A DNA stretch of 64,000 nt from assembly GCA_036867785.1 (NCBI GenBank), contig CP145415.1, positions 930,001 through 994,000 on the forward strand, written 5' to 3'. Numbering within the stretch: the stretch's first letter is position 1; every line of letters begins with the position of its first letter. Both the position numbers and the translations under genes were made by a program. Positions 1 through 12,258 of the stretch are shown piece by piece. Below the pieces are notes generated by a model, which had not been told where the DNA came from, did not search any database, and worked only from the letters and a program-made list of their open reading frames with translations. This stretch comes from Plasmodiophora brassicae. Its lineage: Eukaryota.

Positions 1-3000
1 GTCAGCTGGTGCACCGTGATCTGGCGGATGGCGGCGGCCGGGTCCTCGTGTTTGCCATGGCCGCCGGCCTGAAGCTTGACCTTGGCGGCCAGGTCCAGGG
101 CGTGCGTCGTCGACATGGTGCGGAACACGACGATCGACTCCATGTTCTCGACCGTGTTCCGCTCCGACGGCGACGTCGGCGCCCTCAGCACCCTGCTGGA
201 CGCGTCGAACCGCATCGAGGCCTGCCGCCTGCTGTCATGGCCGAACGGGATCGACACGTGCTGCTCCGGCTGACGCTGGGCCTCGTGCGCGCTCGCCTCG
301 TCGTCCCGCATCGGGGGCTGCGTTCCAGAACGATTCGTAAATGACCAGACGGTCAGTTGCTCTGGCACGCGACACTCCCGCCAGGGCATGCTCCACTGGC
401 GAAAATATCGCCAGTCTCGTGACGTTATTAGCAGGGCGCCCTCCGGGTCCCGCGTTCCAAGTCAGGTCGTCAACGGTGCCCGAATCTATTCGTATTTCTT
501 GCTGCCGATCCTCTGCGTCGTCCCAGCATCGTCGCTGTCGTCGTCGTCGTCGTCGTCGTTGTCCCTGTCCTGCCGCTGCCATTTGCGAGCCGCGCCTCTA
601 GCCGCGACCGCCTTCATCAGGTTCGAATGCAGGCGGTCCGCCAGGCTGCTGGACTCGATGCTCTGCTCCGAGCGGGACGCCTATCCAGTACAGATCAGAT
701 GCGCGCGTTTGCCGATCGCCCGCCGCCGTTGACCTCGTTGCTGCCTGGGTAATGCTGTATGGAGGACAGCACGCGATCCATGGGTACGTATTCGCGCACG
801 GATCCGTCGTCACTGCTGGACGACGACGAATCCACCAGCGACGGGACCCGCTCGGTTCGTCGTCGAGTCTCGTACAGCGCGCGGATCTTCTTCAGGCCCG
901 CTTTGCGAACCTTGGCCAGCGCAATCGCGAAGACCTCCTCCGAGCTGCGACGACGACGACGTCAGGGACGTTCTCGTGTCGGCCGGACAGTACCAGACCA
1001 GCCTTACAAGGAGTGATGCCGGCTCAGGATGTACAACTGTCCCGAGTGGCTGTGGACGACCTGCTGCGGGGACGGCCCACCATTGCTGCTGCGGTAGACG
1101 AGGTACAGGTCCAGGAGAACGGCCAGTAGCAGCTCCCAGACGCCGTTGATGACGACAATGACGAACCCGATCAAGTACACGCTGACCCACATGGCGCCGT
1201 CGCCCATGGAATCGGTCGCCGCGGACAGCACGTCGTGCCAGTCGTCGCCGGCGACGATGCCGAACAGGACCAGTAGGGCGTTCGGGAACGTCGAGAAGTT
1301 CGCGAAGGGCACCTCCTGGTTGGCGTATCGCCCTCGCATGAGTTCGAGGCCGATAATGGCCCAGGCGTACATGAAGATCAGCATGAGGACCGACAGGCGG
1401 ATCAGCAGGCCGACCACCTTCCCGTAGACGGTCAGGATCGTGCGCAGGCGGCTCGATCGGAAGATGACGAGCAATGGGCGCAGGGCGCGTGTCAAGCGCA
1501 ACACCTCCACTATGACCCCCGACGTTAACGTGATCGTCTCGGCGGACGCATTTGACGGCACTCACCGAGGCTGAGCGCGCTCAGCCAACGGGACCGACTG
1601 ATCGTCAATCCGATGACCTCGACGACGACACTGACGACGACGACGACACTGTCGAAGCGGTTGAACGGGGCCGACCAGAACGGCAGGAACCCGGCGGCAA
1701 CGATTCGCATGGCGAGCTCTATGCGCAACGCCTTCATATCTTCGAAACCCCTAAGCCACCTGCACTGCTTCATCGTACCAAGGGCGAACAGGCTCAGGCA
1801 GGTCAGGTCGAGGGCGATGAGCAGGACGGAGTGCTCGTACCCAGTCGCCTGCATGACGACCACCTGTGTGTGATTCTCAGCCGCCCGGTTCCAGGCAGGT
1901 CTCCGGCCCGAACGCGTCTCACGCATGTGTTCACGACGATGTTGACGGCGGTGCCGACCTGGAAGACGGGGCTGGAGACCACCGTCTGCAACCTGGCCCG
2001 AGTCCTCATGGACACTGCATACGACGAACGGATGAGATCATCTGGAAGGACGGGCCGTGCGGTAGGTACGCCACCCTCCTACCGCAGGTCGTGCAGGAGA
2101 GCGCATTGTCGACGACCTGGAGCACCATGGATGGATCAGGGCGCCTGGGCAGCACGTTGCCGGTTGCCGGGTCGCGGTACGCCTCGGCGACGTCGTGTCG
2201 CAGCAACTCGGCCGTGCTCAGGAAACCGGCCAGGTCGATGCCGTCCCGCTCTGAAACAGCAGGCCACCCGGTTCAGAGGGATGCGGCGCGGCGCCCATCG
2301 GCCAGCGCACCTGGGTCAATGGCGGCGACCAGGCCCTGCCGATGCGATTCGGGCAGGCCCGGGCGCAGGTGGTCGACAATGTCGAGCCAGCGGGCGCTGG
2401 AGATGACGCCGACGTCCTCAACGTCAGCGTACTCGAAGGCGACGTTCAGCGCGTCCCATTCGTTGCGGATGGTGTTCGCGATGCGCGCCTTCGTCGCCGA
2501 CGTGTACGACTCGTAGATGACGGGCGCCAGCGACGACATGATCGCGAACGTGGCCGTCAGGAACCACATGATGAAGAACACGACGACGACCGGCCCGAAG
2601 CGGTCCAGCGGGTCCGTCATGGCATCGGGGAAGAATTCCTCAGTGGCCAGCGCCGTCAAGGTCACCATCGAATCGGCCAGCGTGGCGAACGGCCGCCCTG
2701 GGCTCCCGGGCGTCCCAGGACCGAACAACCTCAGCGCCAGCAACGCGAAGAACAGCATGACGAGGACGAGGATGACGAGGATGTCTAACGTCGCACGTAC
2801 CGCCTCCACCAGCGACTGTGCGATGCGCCTGACCGCCCTGCACCCGCCAATGTCAGTCACATCGACCTGGACGCGCCGGTCGGTGGGTCCGCTCGTACCC
2901 GTTATGGACGAGCAGCAATGCCGGACGAAGGCACCGAGCGAACAGGAACGGGCGGGTCGGCATCGTGCAGAGCGCGACGGCGTCGATGGAGATGACCGCA

Positions 3001-3451
3001 ACGAGGCCGACGTTTGCCAGGGTTCGCGGCGACCGGCGCCATGGCATGCACGCGGTGATGCCGAGGTCGACGACGTAGACGGTGATGCTGACCAGGTGGA
3101 TGGCGATGGGGAACACGCGCGACACCGGGAATGGCCTGCCGAGGTACGGCGGCTCCAGCAGGATGCAGAGAGAATGCACGATGACGACAGCGTGAATCTG
3201 TTCGCCGGGGGGATGTCAGCCCTCGATGGGCGCGCTGGCGACGTTCGCGCGCATACCATGACGCGGTACAGGTGGTGACGCTGGATGTCGTACAGGTCGA
3301 GCAGGAACGGCGATAGGCGGTGTAGCTGAGGGCGCTTGTAGTCCAGGGCGTCGCGAACGCAGAGCGCCGCCTTGTGCAGGCGGGACGGCGTCGGCAGGTC
3401 CATCATGGACCGGACACGAACCCGTCGCGAGGCGCTGCCTCGCCGTTCCAT
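1..3451 (-). CDS. Two-pore cation channel (TPC-like; two 6-TM repeats with an EF-hand-like linker), multi-exon, 3' end runs off the window
   Basis: Spliced minus-strand pieces: probable start MERRGSASRR at 3451; pore I MVTLTALATEEFFPDAM; EF-hand-like VAFEYADVEDVGVISSARW; Arg-rich S4 VLRLTRALRPLLVIFRSSRLR; pore II NALLVLFGIVAGDDWHDVL; long acidic/Ser-rich C-tail continuing to position 1. Confidence 0.8.
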
Positions 3452-3723
3452 ACTGGGCGACCCCCCAATCGTGTACGTACGTACGCACGTACTCCTCAAC
3501 GATCGCCGGTCCTGTCCGCTTTGGGAGGGCGGGTGGTGACACGATTCGCGCGCTGGGACAGTACTCGTTATATATTCTGAATGTATGGTGAAGGTGCGCG
3601 CTTCCCCAGGTACTGATAGGATATGTGGGAGGCGCCGGTCAGGTGGTCTGCTGGTGGAGCGGTGTTCGCGTCGTGTCCTTCTTCGGCTTCTAGTGGTGGG
3701 TCGGACGAGACACACCGCATTCG

Positions 3724-4218
3724 CTACCTGGACGTCGACTTCGCCTTGGACGGTTTCACCCTCCGGCGCTGGAGGTCGAACTCGCGATGCGCCCGGAATC
3801 GTTTGGGTCGCGGGGCGACCGCTGTCGCCTCCGGGCTACAACTCCTGCGTTTCTTGCTGGCCGTCGTGTCCTCGCTGACATCGCCCTGCTTCTTCCTCGA
3901 TCGCAGCCTTGCCGTTAGGGCGGCGACGGAATCGGCGGGCGTCGAGCACGACAACGCGCGAAGTTCACGATCGAGGAGCAGGGCGCGGATGGCCTCGTGA
4001 CGGTGCAGGTGGCCACGAACCATCAGGGAACGCAGGGCGTCTTCGGTGACGTTGATGGGCGACGATGTCCGATGGTGGAGAAGGGCGTGAACGATCTGGT
4101 CGCGTGCGACCTCGGCGCTGCCGGCCGTCCCGCATCGCACCTGTCCCTCGATCTGCGCCGACGCTTCCGCCTGGAAGTCGTCGAGCGCGCGACGCATGAC
4201 GGCATCGTCGGGCTCCAT
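3724..4218 (-). CDS. Hypothetical protein with basic C-terminus (possible NLS)
   Basis: Start MEPDDAVMRRALDDF at 4218 inside ORF 3724..4449; probable short intron; KKRR and PRPKRFR basic clusters. Confidence 0.45.
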   Translation of the reverse strand: MEPDDAVMRRALDDFQAEASAQIEGQVRCGTAGSAEVARDQIVHALLHHRTSSPINVTEDALRSLMVRGHLHRHEAIRALLLDRELRALSCSTPADSVAALTARLRSRKKQGDVSEDTTASKKRRSCSPEATAVAPRPKRFRAHREFDLQRRRVKPSKAKSTSR

Positions 4219-5421
4219 GTGGGCGATCGGCTGATGTGGGTGCGCGCGCGCGCCCCCCGTCGCTCGCTGATGGATAGGGCGCGCGCCACTGATACAGTAC
4301 GCAGGCGATCGACTAGGATCGGGGCCGCCGGGGGCAATGCAGGTGGTACCCGACGGGGAAACGATAGGACGGGCGCGGGCGTCGACGACGGCACAGGCTG
4401 GATGGGTGTCACAGACTGTTGTGCACTGCGTGTTGTTCTCGAACAACAACGCTGACGAACCGGTGGCGGGCTGCCAAATAACGCCAATTTAGTCCGCACT
4501 GTGCGCGCGACCCGATCCACCACCAGTGCCCGAGGCCCGAGTTTCCATGTGGCCCTGTCCAACCAACGGTCCCGGGGCCCGCGCTTGTACATTATCCCGT
4601 ACAGCAACCCCCCGATCGTCCAACAACGCAGAGCCCCCACCCTCCGTCACCGGATCGGGCTTCCGATGGTTTTTGGACCGGCGCGCCCTGCAGAAGGGGC
4701 CCGCAACGCGGCACCAGCCTCGCGCCTAGGTAGCTAGGTGGTCAGCGGGTGCCATCTATGTGATACGGGGTACTACTTTTATAAACGTGATAATAGTGTA
4801 GCTGAAGGTTCAGTCCACCGCTCATCGGACAATGCAAGCGTGCCTCAATAGCGCTTGACCAGCCGGACACGGCGAGTGCTGAGCATCATGGGTCCCTTCA
4901 ATGGGTCCCTGCGTTTCAGCATGCAGAGACCCGCGGTCGCACCAAGCGGCGCTCCAGCTGTACGCTGCCGCCTAAAACCGTGGAGCCAGGCGATCGTGGT
5001 CTTCCGTTGGTACTCGTACGGCTTCCTTGAAGCGCATGACAACAGATGGCCTTCGGTGAAACATTAATGCAGGAACGTCGTGGTGATTCCGAGATGCGTA
5101 TTGCTGTCGAGGCTAGCCATGCACACACGGGTGGTAGTAGTTACCCTGAGGCAATGCCTGGAGGCACGCGCTCTGGCTGCATGATTGCATTCGCAGCGGA
5201 TACATGTGCATACGCCGTCCCGATCAAGGCAATCGAACCCCACCCGTAGGGACCCTGAACCAGACGCAACGGGGCGCGAGTCGCGAGTGATCTCCGCAAA
5301 GCAAAACAACGTTTGGGGGAGTGCTTACCGCCCACCGGTTGACGGACAACAACAAGTCTCGTCCCGTTGAAAATCGCGATCTCGCATCGCAGACATTTTG
5401 CCATTCGACAATCGCCTACCG

Positions 5422-7327
5422 ATGTCTGCCGATTGCATCGTCTACCGCAGCCGACGGATGGTGTTCTCATCGGACGATTCCGACCTGTCGCCCGGTGAGA
5501 TCGTCGTGGACAAGGGCACCGGGAAAGTCGTGGCCGCCCGGCGGGAGCTGTGCGATGCCGCGTCCTCGGGTATCGACATTGTCGACTTTGGCGATCTGGT
5601 CGTTATGCCCGGCCTTGTTGATAGGTACCAGGCAACGGCGATATCGTGATGGGGAATTGCTGCGCACTGAGCACAGTCTTGTGTTAACAGTCACGTTCAC
5701 GTCAACGACCCGGGAAGAGGTCCACCCCCCGCCCCATTGTTGCGAAACGTTATCGTACATTCTGACCATGTCGCAGACCACTGGGAGCGCTTTGACTGTG
5801 CAACGAAGGTATTTCGTTTCGGAACGACCATTGGGCACACTCTGCCTCACACAGCGTAGGCAGCGGTTGCTGGCGGGACGTGCACAATCGCCGATATGCC
5901 TCTCAACTGTATTCCTGTTCGTCCTTGTTAGATCTGTATCGAAAATCATCACGTTTACTGCCCATCATTCATAGGTCACTACGACAGCGGATGCCGTCAA
6001 CGTCAAGATCAAGGCAGCCAACGGCCGACTGTGGGCAGATGTCGTCCTGTTAGGAGGCCTTGTTCCTGAGAACGCCTCCGCATATGCACTGAACAGCCTG
6101 CTTGACGCTGGCGTCGTTTCCGTGAAGGCGTTTATGTGCCATTCTGGAATCGACGACTACAAAGCGGCCGACCTGCATGATCTAGAGGCAGCCATGCCCA
6201 TCCTGGCTGCTCGCTCCGTTCCTTTGATGGTTCACGCCGGTCAGTAGCACGAGAGGTCTATATGAGAACTTCAGTAACTGAGGTCTCAGAGATGACGTGC
6301 CTGGATTCAAGCGATTCAAACGGTGACGGTGATACGGGAGACAGAACGCTGTACTCCACCTTCTTGCGTTCTCGTCCGGACCAAATGGAACTGAAGGCTA
6401 TTACCGAGGTGCTACGTAAAGCGGAACAGTAAGCTGGAGAGAACCTGATGTCTGCGATGCTCATTCGCGCATAGGCATTCCTGTCCTGTACACATTGTCC
6501 ATCTCAGTTCAGCTGTTCCGCTTCCGACAATTGTTGAAGCCAAGGCACGACACGTTCCTGTCACTGTCGAAACGTGTCCCCATTACCTATGCTTCAGCTC
6601 GGAGGACATTCCATCTGGAGCGACGTGGTTCAAAGTCGTTGGTGTCCTGGCTGCGTCTTGACCGTTGGACCTGAATGCCCTTGGTTTGTCGCAGTGTTGC
6701 CCTCCGATCCGCGACGATGCCAACCGAGACGCTCTCTGGAAGGCGCTGTTAGACGGGCACGTCGACATGATTGTGTCGGATCACTCGCCATCGTCTCCCG
6801 ACCAGAAATGCATCGACTCTGGCGATTTCATGTCCGCATGGGGCGGGATCTCTGGAGTACAGTTCAGACTACTGTGAGTTCGTTCATGACTGTCACCGAT
6901 GCGTTCCTTATGGCAACGTATTCACCAGAGCTGTCTGGACCGAAGGGCGTCGCCGAGGCGTGGACTTTTCCCATCTCTGTCGATGGCTGTGTGAAGCTCC
7001 TGCCAGACTGGTCGTGCACACGCCAAATCGGATGTCATGTGGCTCAACTCTTGTGTCCAGGTCGGTCTGCAAGACAGGAAGGGGAAGCTGGATCCGGGAT
7101 ATGACGCCGACTTCGTCGTCTGGGACCCGGAGGAACGTTCGCAGGTCCATGAAGTCCATCACCTGCACAAACTCACTCCGTACAAGGGGATGGAGTTCGC
7201 CGGTGCCATTCATGCTACGTACCGGCACGGCGTCAAAGTATACAGCCTGAACGCCGACCGTTCCGGCATGTTCTCACCACCGACTGGCAACATCCTGTTC
7301 CCGCTGTGCGTCCCTATCAAGCAGTGA
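5422..7327 (+). CDS. Allantoinase (amidohydrolase superfamily), multi-exon
   Basis: Spliced motifs VMPGLVD/SHVHVNDPGR, AAVAGGTCTIADMPLNCIP, ETCPHYL, CCPPIRD, IVSDHSP, AWGGISGVQ, KGKLDPGYDADFVVWDP, HKLTPYKG; GT-AG introns restore the frame. Confidence 0.92.
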
Positions 7328-7453
7328 ATGCGGATCTCTCCTGCTTCGCCGGGTCTGCTGCAGGCATCTCCTACAATACGGTGGCATGCTATATATATTT
7401 CACTAGAGTACATAGAATATAGGACGTATGCATCCATCCACCAGGTGACCGTG

Positions 7454-8135
7454 TCACTTGGGTTGACGGCCAAGGTCGTTCTGCACGTTGATCTTCCGAA
7501 GCCAGGCGATTTCTTCTTTCAGGCGGCGATTTTCATCGACCAGCGTTTGCACACTGTACTGCAGTGCCGACTGCGTATGCAGACAACGACTTAGCAACGC
7601 GCACTTCAGACAGGCCAGGTAGCCGTTACCAGCAGTCGCATGGGATCGCTGCCAGTCATCGTGCGACCCTCGAGGGACACTGACGACGACGTGGTGACGC
7701 CTTCCGGTGCGACCGTGGACGAGACGCCGATGTCTGATATTGTGAATCGTCCGGCGACGGCAGTATCACTGGATCCAATCGACGACAGCTTTGACCCACT
7801 CCCTGCCAACCATGTCTGCTCAACGGCATGGCAATGCCAGCTGTCCCCTGGGCAGCACGACCTTTGCGCGTACGTGGCGTCGTCGGTCGACCCGTACTGG
7901 CACTGTCGTTATACGACGTCGCATCCGATGCTGCTGATGACGTTTGCGACCCGCGCGCATCCATGCGCCGGCAGCAGCAGCGCTGTCTGTGCACCGGCGG
8001 CTCGGATCGCGATCCGGATCGAGGCCGCGCCGCTGGTCCATGCGGCGCTTCGCACCCTGCCACCGGTCACGTTCGACATGGACTGGCAAGCGGACCTGCC
8101 GAAACGTGCACCGTTACTCCCGACACATTCGCCAT
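7454..8135 (-). CDS. Hypothetical protein with C-terminal coiled coil, multi-exon
   Basis: ATG at 8135 (MANVSGVTVHVSA); Ser-rich middle; last exon SALQYSVQTLVDENRRLKEEIAWLRKINVQNDLGRQPK*; internal exon structure uncertain. Confidence 0.45.
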
Positions 8136-8329
8136 GAGGACTGCCAGTAACGCGTCCGAGATATTTGGTGGCGCCGACTGGGCTGTCACGCCGTCTCAGG
8201 GTGCCACACGACTGACAAGCACACCTCTCCTGATTCTCGACTACCTACAGTAGGTACTCGTCGGTCGCGGCTCGTGGCATCACTTGCAAATTGTGTTGTC
8301 TCTCGACCAACGCCGTTGCGTCTGCCGTG

Positions 8330-8863
8330 ATGTTGCAGATCATCCTGGCCCTGTCGGCGTTGGCCGTCGCCAATGCTGCCAACCCGTGCGAGGACACGTT
8401 CTGCCCGGAAATCTTCATGCCCATCTGCGGCACGGACGGCACGACGTACGCCAACGAGTGCTTCCTGAACATCGCCAAATGCAAGTCGCCGAGTCTGGCT
8501 ATTGCCCACCAGGGAGCGTGCTGCTCGCTCAAGTGCCAGTCGTTCCAGTCGTGCGAAGTCACCGCTGACGGCGAGCAGTACTGCGCTGACCAATGCATCA
8601 ACGGCGTCTGCGAGCAGGACGGGAAATGTGGGGCGGCTGTTTGCGCGCCCGGGGAGGTCTGCCGCCTCGTCCAAGGCGAATGCCTGCGCGCGCCCTGCCC
8701 ACCGCGCCTGACCTGCGTCAAGGATTGCGATCGGCTCTGCACGCGCGACTGGAACCCAGTCTGCGGAACGAACGGCATCACGTACAGCAACGCTTGCTCG
8801 CTGGATATCGCCCACTGCAAGGACCCTCGCATCTCGCTGGCCTACAGCGGAGAATGTTACTGA
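8330..8863 (+). CDS. Secreted Kazal-type serine protease inhibitor (two Kazal domains flanking a Cys-rich linker)
   Basis: Signal peptide MLQIILALSALAVANA; Kazal motifs CPEIFMPICGTDGTTYANECFL...C...HQGAC and CTRDWNPVCGTNGITYSNACSL...C...YSGEC; intronless. Confidence 0.93.
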   Translation: MLQIILALSALAVANAANPCEDTFCPEIFMPICGTDGTTYANECFLNIAKCKSPSLAIAHQGACCSLKCQSFQSCEVTADGEQYCADQCINGVCEQDGKCGAAVCAPGEVCRLVQGECLRAPCPPRLTCVKDCDRLCTRDWNPVCGTNGITYSNACSLDIAHCKDPRISLAYSGECY

Positions 8864-8933
8864 AGACGCAAGTCTGAATGAAAGAGTTCAGATTACGCAT
8901 AATAGTACAGGACAGACGATAGCGTTGTTAGTG

Positions 8934-9257
8934 TCACGTCGTCATTGGCTCGTCTTCATCTAGTCGTCCAGCCTCCGACAACTGTTTCGCCTTCTTGTAC
9001 TCGGCGCGAAGGCGAACAATCTCATCTTCATCGAGAATCGTGGACTCGATCCAGCTTCGCGGTATCGACGGCTTTCTTTCGATGTATTCCTAGCGGTATT
9101 CCGATCGGTACACGGTTCACCCGCCGCGATTCGCAATGTGGCTCACCTTCGACGTCCACCACTTCTTGTGACCCTCCTGGTTAAACATCCAGACGCACCC
9201 GGCCGGCACCGTCAGGTACAGGCCGACCTTGAACAGCTCAAACGACGTTGACCCCAT
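8934..9257 (-). CDS. PET100-like cytochrome c oxidase assembly factor (2 exons)
   Basis: Exon 1 MGSTSFELFKVGLYLTVPAGCVWMFNQEGHKKWWTSK fits the Pet100 N-terminal pattern (E-x-F-K/R-x-x-x-Y-x-x-x-P...F-N); GTGAG donor, then exon 2 EYIERKPSIP...EDEPMTT*. Confidence 0.7.
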
Positions 9258-9476
9258 CCGCATTGAATCGCAATCGACCCCCCCTTTTTTGGGGAGACAA
9301 TCGACATCCACTGGTGGCTTCCACATACGCGGAATGCCCGGATTGTTCTCCGATGGGAAGCGCTGGTCTGATCGGCTGGAGTGGAATCTGGAAAATTAAA
9401 ACTTATCCGTTATAAGCACTCATAACGCCCAACCAGTGTACTTACGGTACATATAAGTCGAAGACGCGCCCTCGCT

Positions 9477-9833
9477 CTACATCTTGACGTCTACGGCGTG
9501 ACGAGGCGCGCTACGCGGTCTGGTAGTGACCGCAGGTGGGGGCTCCCCCTTCTTTGGAACGGGGACGTCGTCTTCCGACTTTTCAGCGCCAACTTCTGAG
9601 CCGGACGTGTCGCCGGAATCGTACCGGTTGTCGGTATCGACGTCTTCGAGCGTGCGGGTGTTCTGCAAAGTGCCGCATTCACAGCAATAAACTTTGGCGT
9701 CGAACCGAGCGACGAGTTCGCGAGCTTCCTGCATGCGGCGGCTCGTCAGGGTACGCACGCCATTCATCAATCGGAGTTGCCGTAGTGTCGAGAGCCGTAG
9801 GCGGGACGGCCAGAGCTTGGGGTAAGCGTGCAT
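9477..9833 (-). CDS. Possible hypothetical protein (terminal exon with CxxC and acidic stretch)
   Basis: ORF containing YCCECG and an acidic region after a CAG acceptor-like site; 5' structure not resolved. Confidence 0.25.
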   Translation of the reverse strand: MHAYPKLWPSRLRLSTLRQLRLMNGVRTLTSRRMQEARELVARFDAKVYCCECGTLQNTRTLEDVDTDNRYDSGDTSGSEVGAEKSEDDVPVPKKGEPPPAVTTRPRSAPRHAVDVKM

Positions 9834-10221
9834 TCGGCCGCGTTCCAGAAAAATGGTGTTTCGCCTAGTGCAGGGTCGGATGCAGGAGCGCCAGCGAAAG
9901 AATGCTGAGCATATCGTTCCAAAGGGTGAGTCCCTCGCGACGACGTCTCCCGCCCCTGGCGGAAACCTTCTCGCCTACTGGACGTCCAGAAGGCGTTCGT
10001 TACGACCGAGCGCGTCCCGGACTACGCGAGGTGTTCGCGTCCACGCCATCTTTGTCGCCCTGTTCGACGGCTGCACCTCCCCGGTCATCCAAGTAGTAAT
10101 CGACCCCCTGCCGTAAACGGACGATATGATGTGGCTGGAGAGCACCTTTTCTCCAGCTAAGTGGGGCACGGCCGGCTGACCACTCGATCAACAGAGTCTT
10201 TATTGTAAAACGCATGAGTGA

Positions 10222-12258
10222 TCACCAAAAGCGAAGCAACTTGCGAATCGCTTGGATTGCGGAGCCGAGACGGCCCTGCTCAACGTCGGCGTCGGACGCG
10301 GGTTCCGGATCGCTGATAGGTACCAGGTGGTCCGCGGCATCCATCTGTTCCGCTTGTGCATGAGTCTCCCGACGAAAGGTTGCCTTCATGGACACCGGCG
10401 AACTGAAACGACGGATGGTGTCAGCGATTGCAGGACGTCCAAACCAGAAGCGTTCCGCCTGGGACAGAGCGGCCTTCTCGTCTTCGATGATGCGACCTTG
10501 GAGCAGAATCCGCATCGTGTCGGTGTCAGCGTAACGAACGGCCACCTGCCAGACAGGGCCGCTCGCCTCATCAGCCGTGCATTCACGTCCCGCGCTGGCG
10601 CACATCAACAGCTTGATCACATGGGCGCATCCGCCTTCCACAGCGTATGGCAGCGCAGACTTGATCCCGCTTACGCTGTGGGACAGGGTCTCCCGAATCA
10701 GGGCACGAACAGTGTCGATCCCGACGGACACCCGACGACACGCGTTGAGCGCGATCAGGTGCAGCGGCGTTCGACCATAGGCATCAGTAGCATCGACGTT
10801 GGCCCCCATGTCGATCAGGGCACGAACGATATTACCGAAGAGGTCCGCCTGGTCAGATGCACCCATGGTCGAGCAGACGATGGCCGATATACCCGCGGCT
10901 ACCTTCGCTCGCACTGATCCAGTGAACGCGATTTGATGAAGAGGTGATTCACCGATGGCGTCCAGCAGGTTGGGATCGGCCCCATGCTTGAGCAGCAGCA
11001 TAACAATGTCAGCGTGTCCGAGACGAACGGCGACGTGCAGCGGTGGATGCTCGCTGTCTGTCGGGTTGACGTCCGCGTCCGCATCCAGCAGTAACTGGAC
11101 CATATCGGTGTGCCCGTTAGCGACGGCAGTCGACAACGCTGAAAGCTCCAGGCCTGGATGAAAATCGCTCGTTGGTCCTCGTGTCGAGTCGAAATCCCTC
11201 GTGGACAGCGTGTCGGGATCGGCACCTGCTGCCAGGAGGCGACTCGCGATACCGACATGACGTTCGTCGACCGCCATACGCAACGGTGGAACCCGCCCAG
11301 CAGTGTTCAGGTCGGTCACCGACGCGAGGTATTCGACGGCTGCTTCGTCGTGGTACTTGATGGCCATGTGCAATGCGGTCATTCCACCAATGGAAGCGTT
11401 CGCGTTGGCGCCGCACGTGACCGCTGCCTTCATGGAAGACAGCGAGCCATGGGTCTTGGTCAAATGATGCAGGGCCGTCTGCTGTGGAGGGTTGGACGTG
11501 TGATAACCATGAAGCGCCTGCGCCCTGCACAGGTCCATGACGCCTTCCATGGTGTTCTCGTATTGCTTGCGCTCGCCCGCCAGCTCATCTCGCACCAGCA
11601 TCCCGTCGGCATTTTGTCGTCCCCACAGCGGCGGCATAAGGGTCTTCCTGATCGGCCTATGCAGAAATAACGTGTTCGTCAGACCACGGGCGGATGGAGA
11701 GGCGACACAGTGTCAAATCAGTACCCGGCGACGATGTTCTGCTTGTCCCAGCAGCGCAGGACGTCGTCGTACCGGACACGAGATGTCTGGGCGATGGTCT
11801 GCGCGACGACAATGTCCTGCATGTCGGGCATGTCCAACTCGCGAGCGACGTGTGCCATGCAGCGTAACGTGACGCGGTACTCGTGCAAGGAATCCAGCCA
11901 CGATGCAACGGCCCGCGGGTCAGCTTTGTCTGCCTCCAGGTACTTCGCGATCTGCGACGGGCGTAAGCGCCGTCCGGGGACAGCAATTACATGGTTCACG
12001 TACCGCATGAACAACGTTATTGTCCACAGGGACCTTGTACTCGTACACGTCATCGCCATAAGACGAGAAGGTGCTCGGGATCTTGGTCGCGGGTTGCACT
12101 TGTGCCAAGGCCGTATTCAACGTCCAGTAGTCGACGTCTTTGTAGCATGTCGTCGACTTGAGGAGCAGCACCCGCTTCCCCGTCGAAGTAGGGCCCGCAG
12201 CCAACGCCACCGTAGCCAGGGCGGTAACCATGCCGATCATCGTCAACGTAGACGTCAT
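10222..12258 (-). CDS. Secreted ankyrin-repeat protein with an N-terminal SKP1/BTB-like segment (3 exons)
   Basis: Signal peptide MIGMVTALATVALAAG; introns 11952-12003 and 11657-11724 join in frame to ORF 10222..11637; many ankyrin repeats (GMTALHMAI, PPLHVAVRLGHADIVMLLLKHGADPN, GRTPLHLIA). Confidence 0.88.

Noticed and set aside
527-560. (TCG)n microsatellite-like tracts here and near 40155-40236
   Set aside because: They encode poly-Asp tracts on the minus-strand genes; ordinary low-complexity coding sequence
1552-3278. Long plus-strand ORFs antisense to the channel gene (similar shadow ORFs occur throughout the window)
   Set aside because: Shadow ORFs expected from high GC and codon bias; the opposite strand carries the recognisable protein
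4450-5400. Possible ncRNA or small gene upstream of allantoinase
   Set aside because: No snRNA, snoRNA or tRNA signatures recognised, and the ORFs lack protein-like composition
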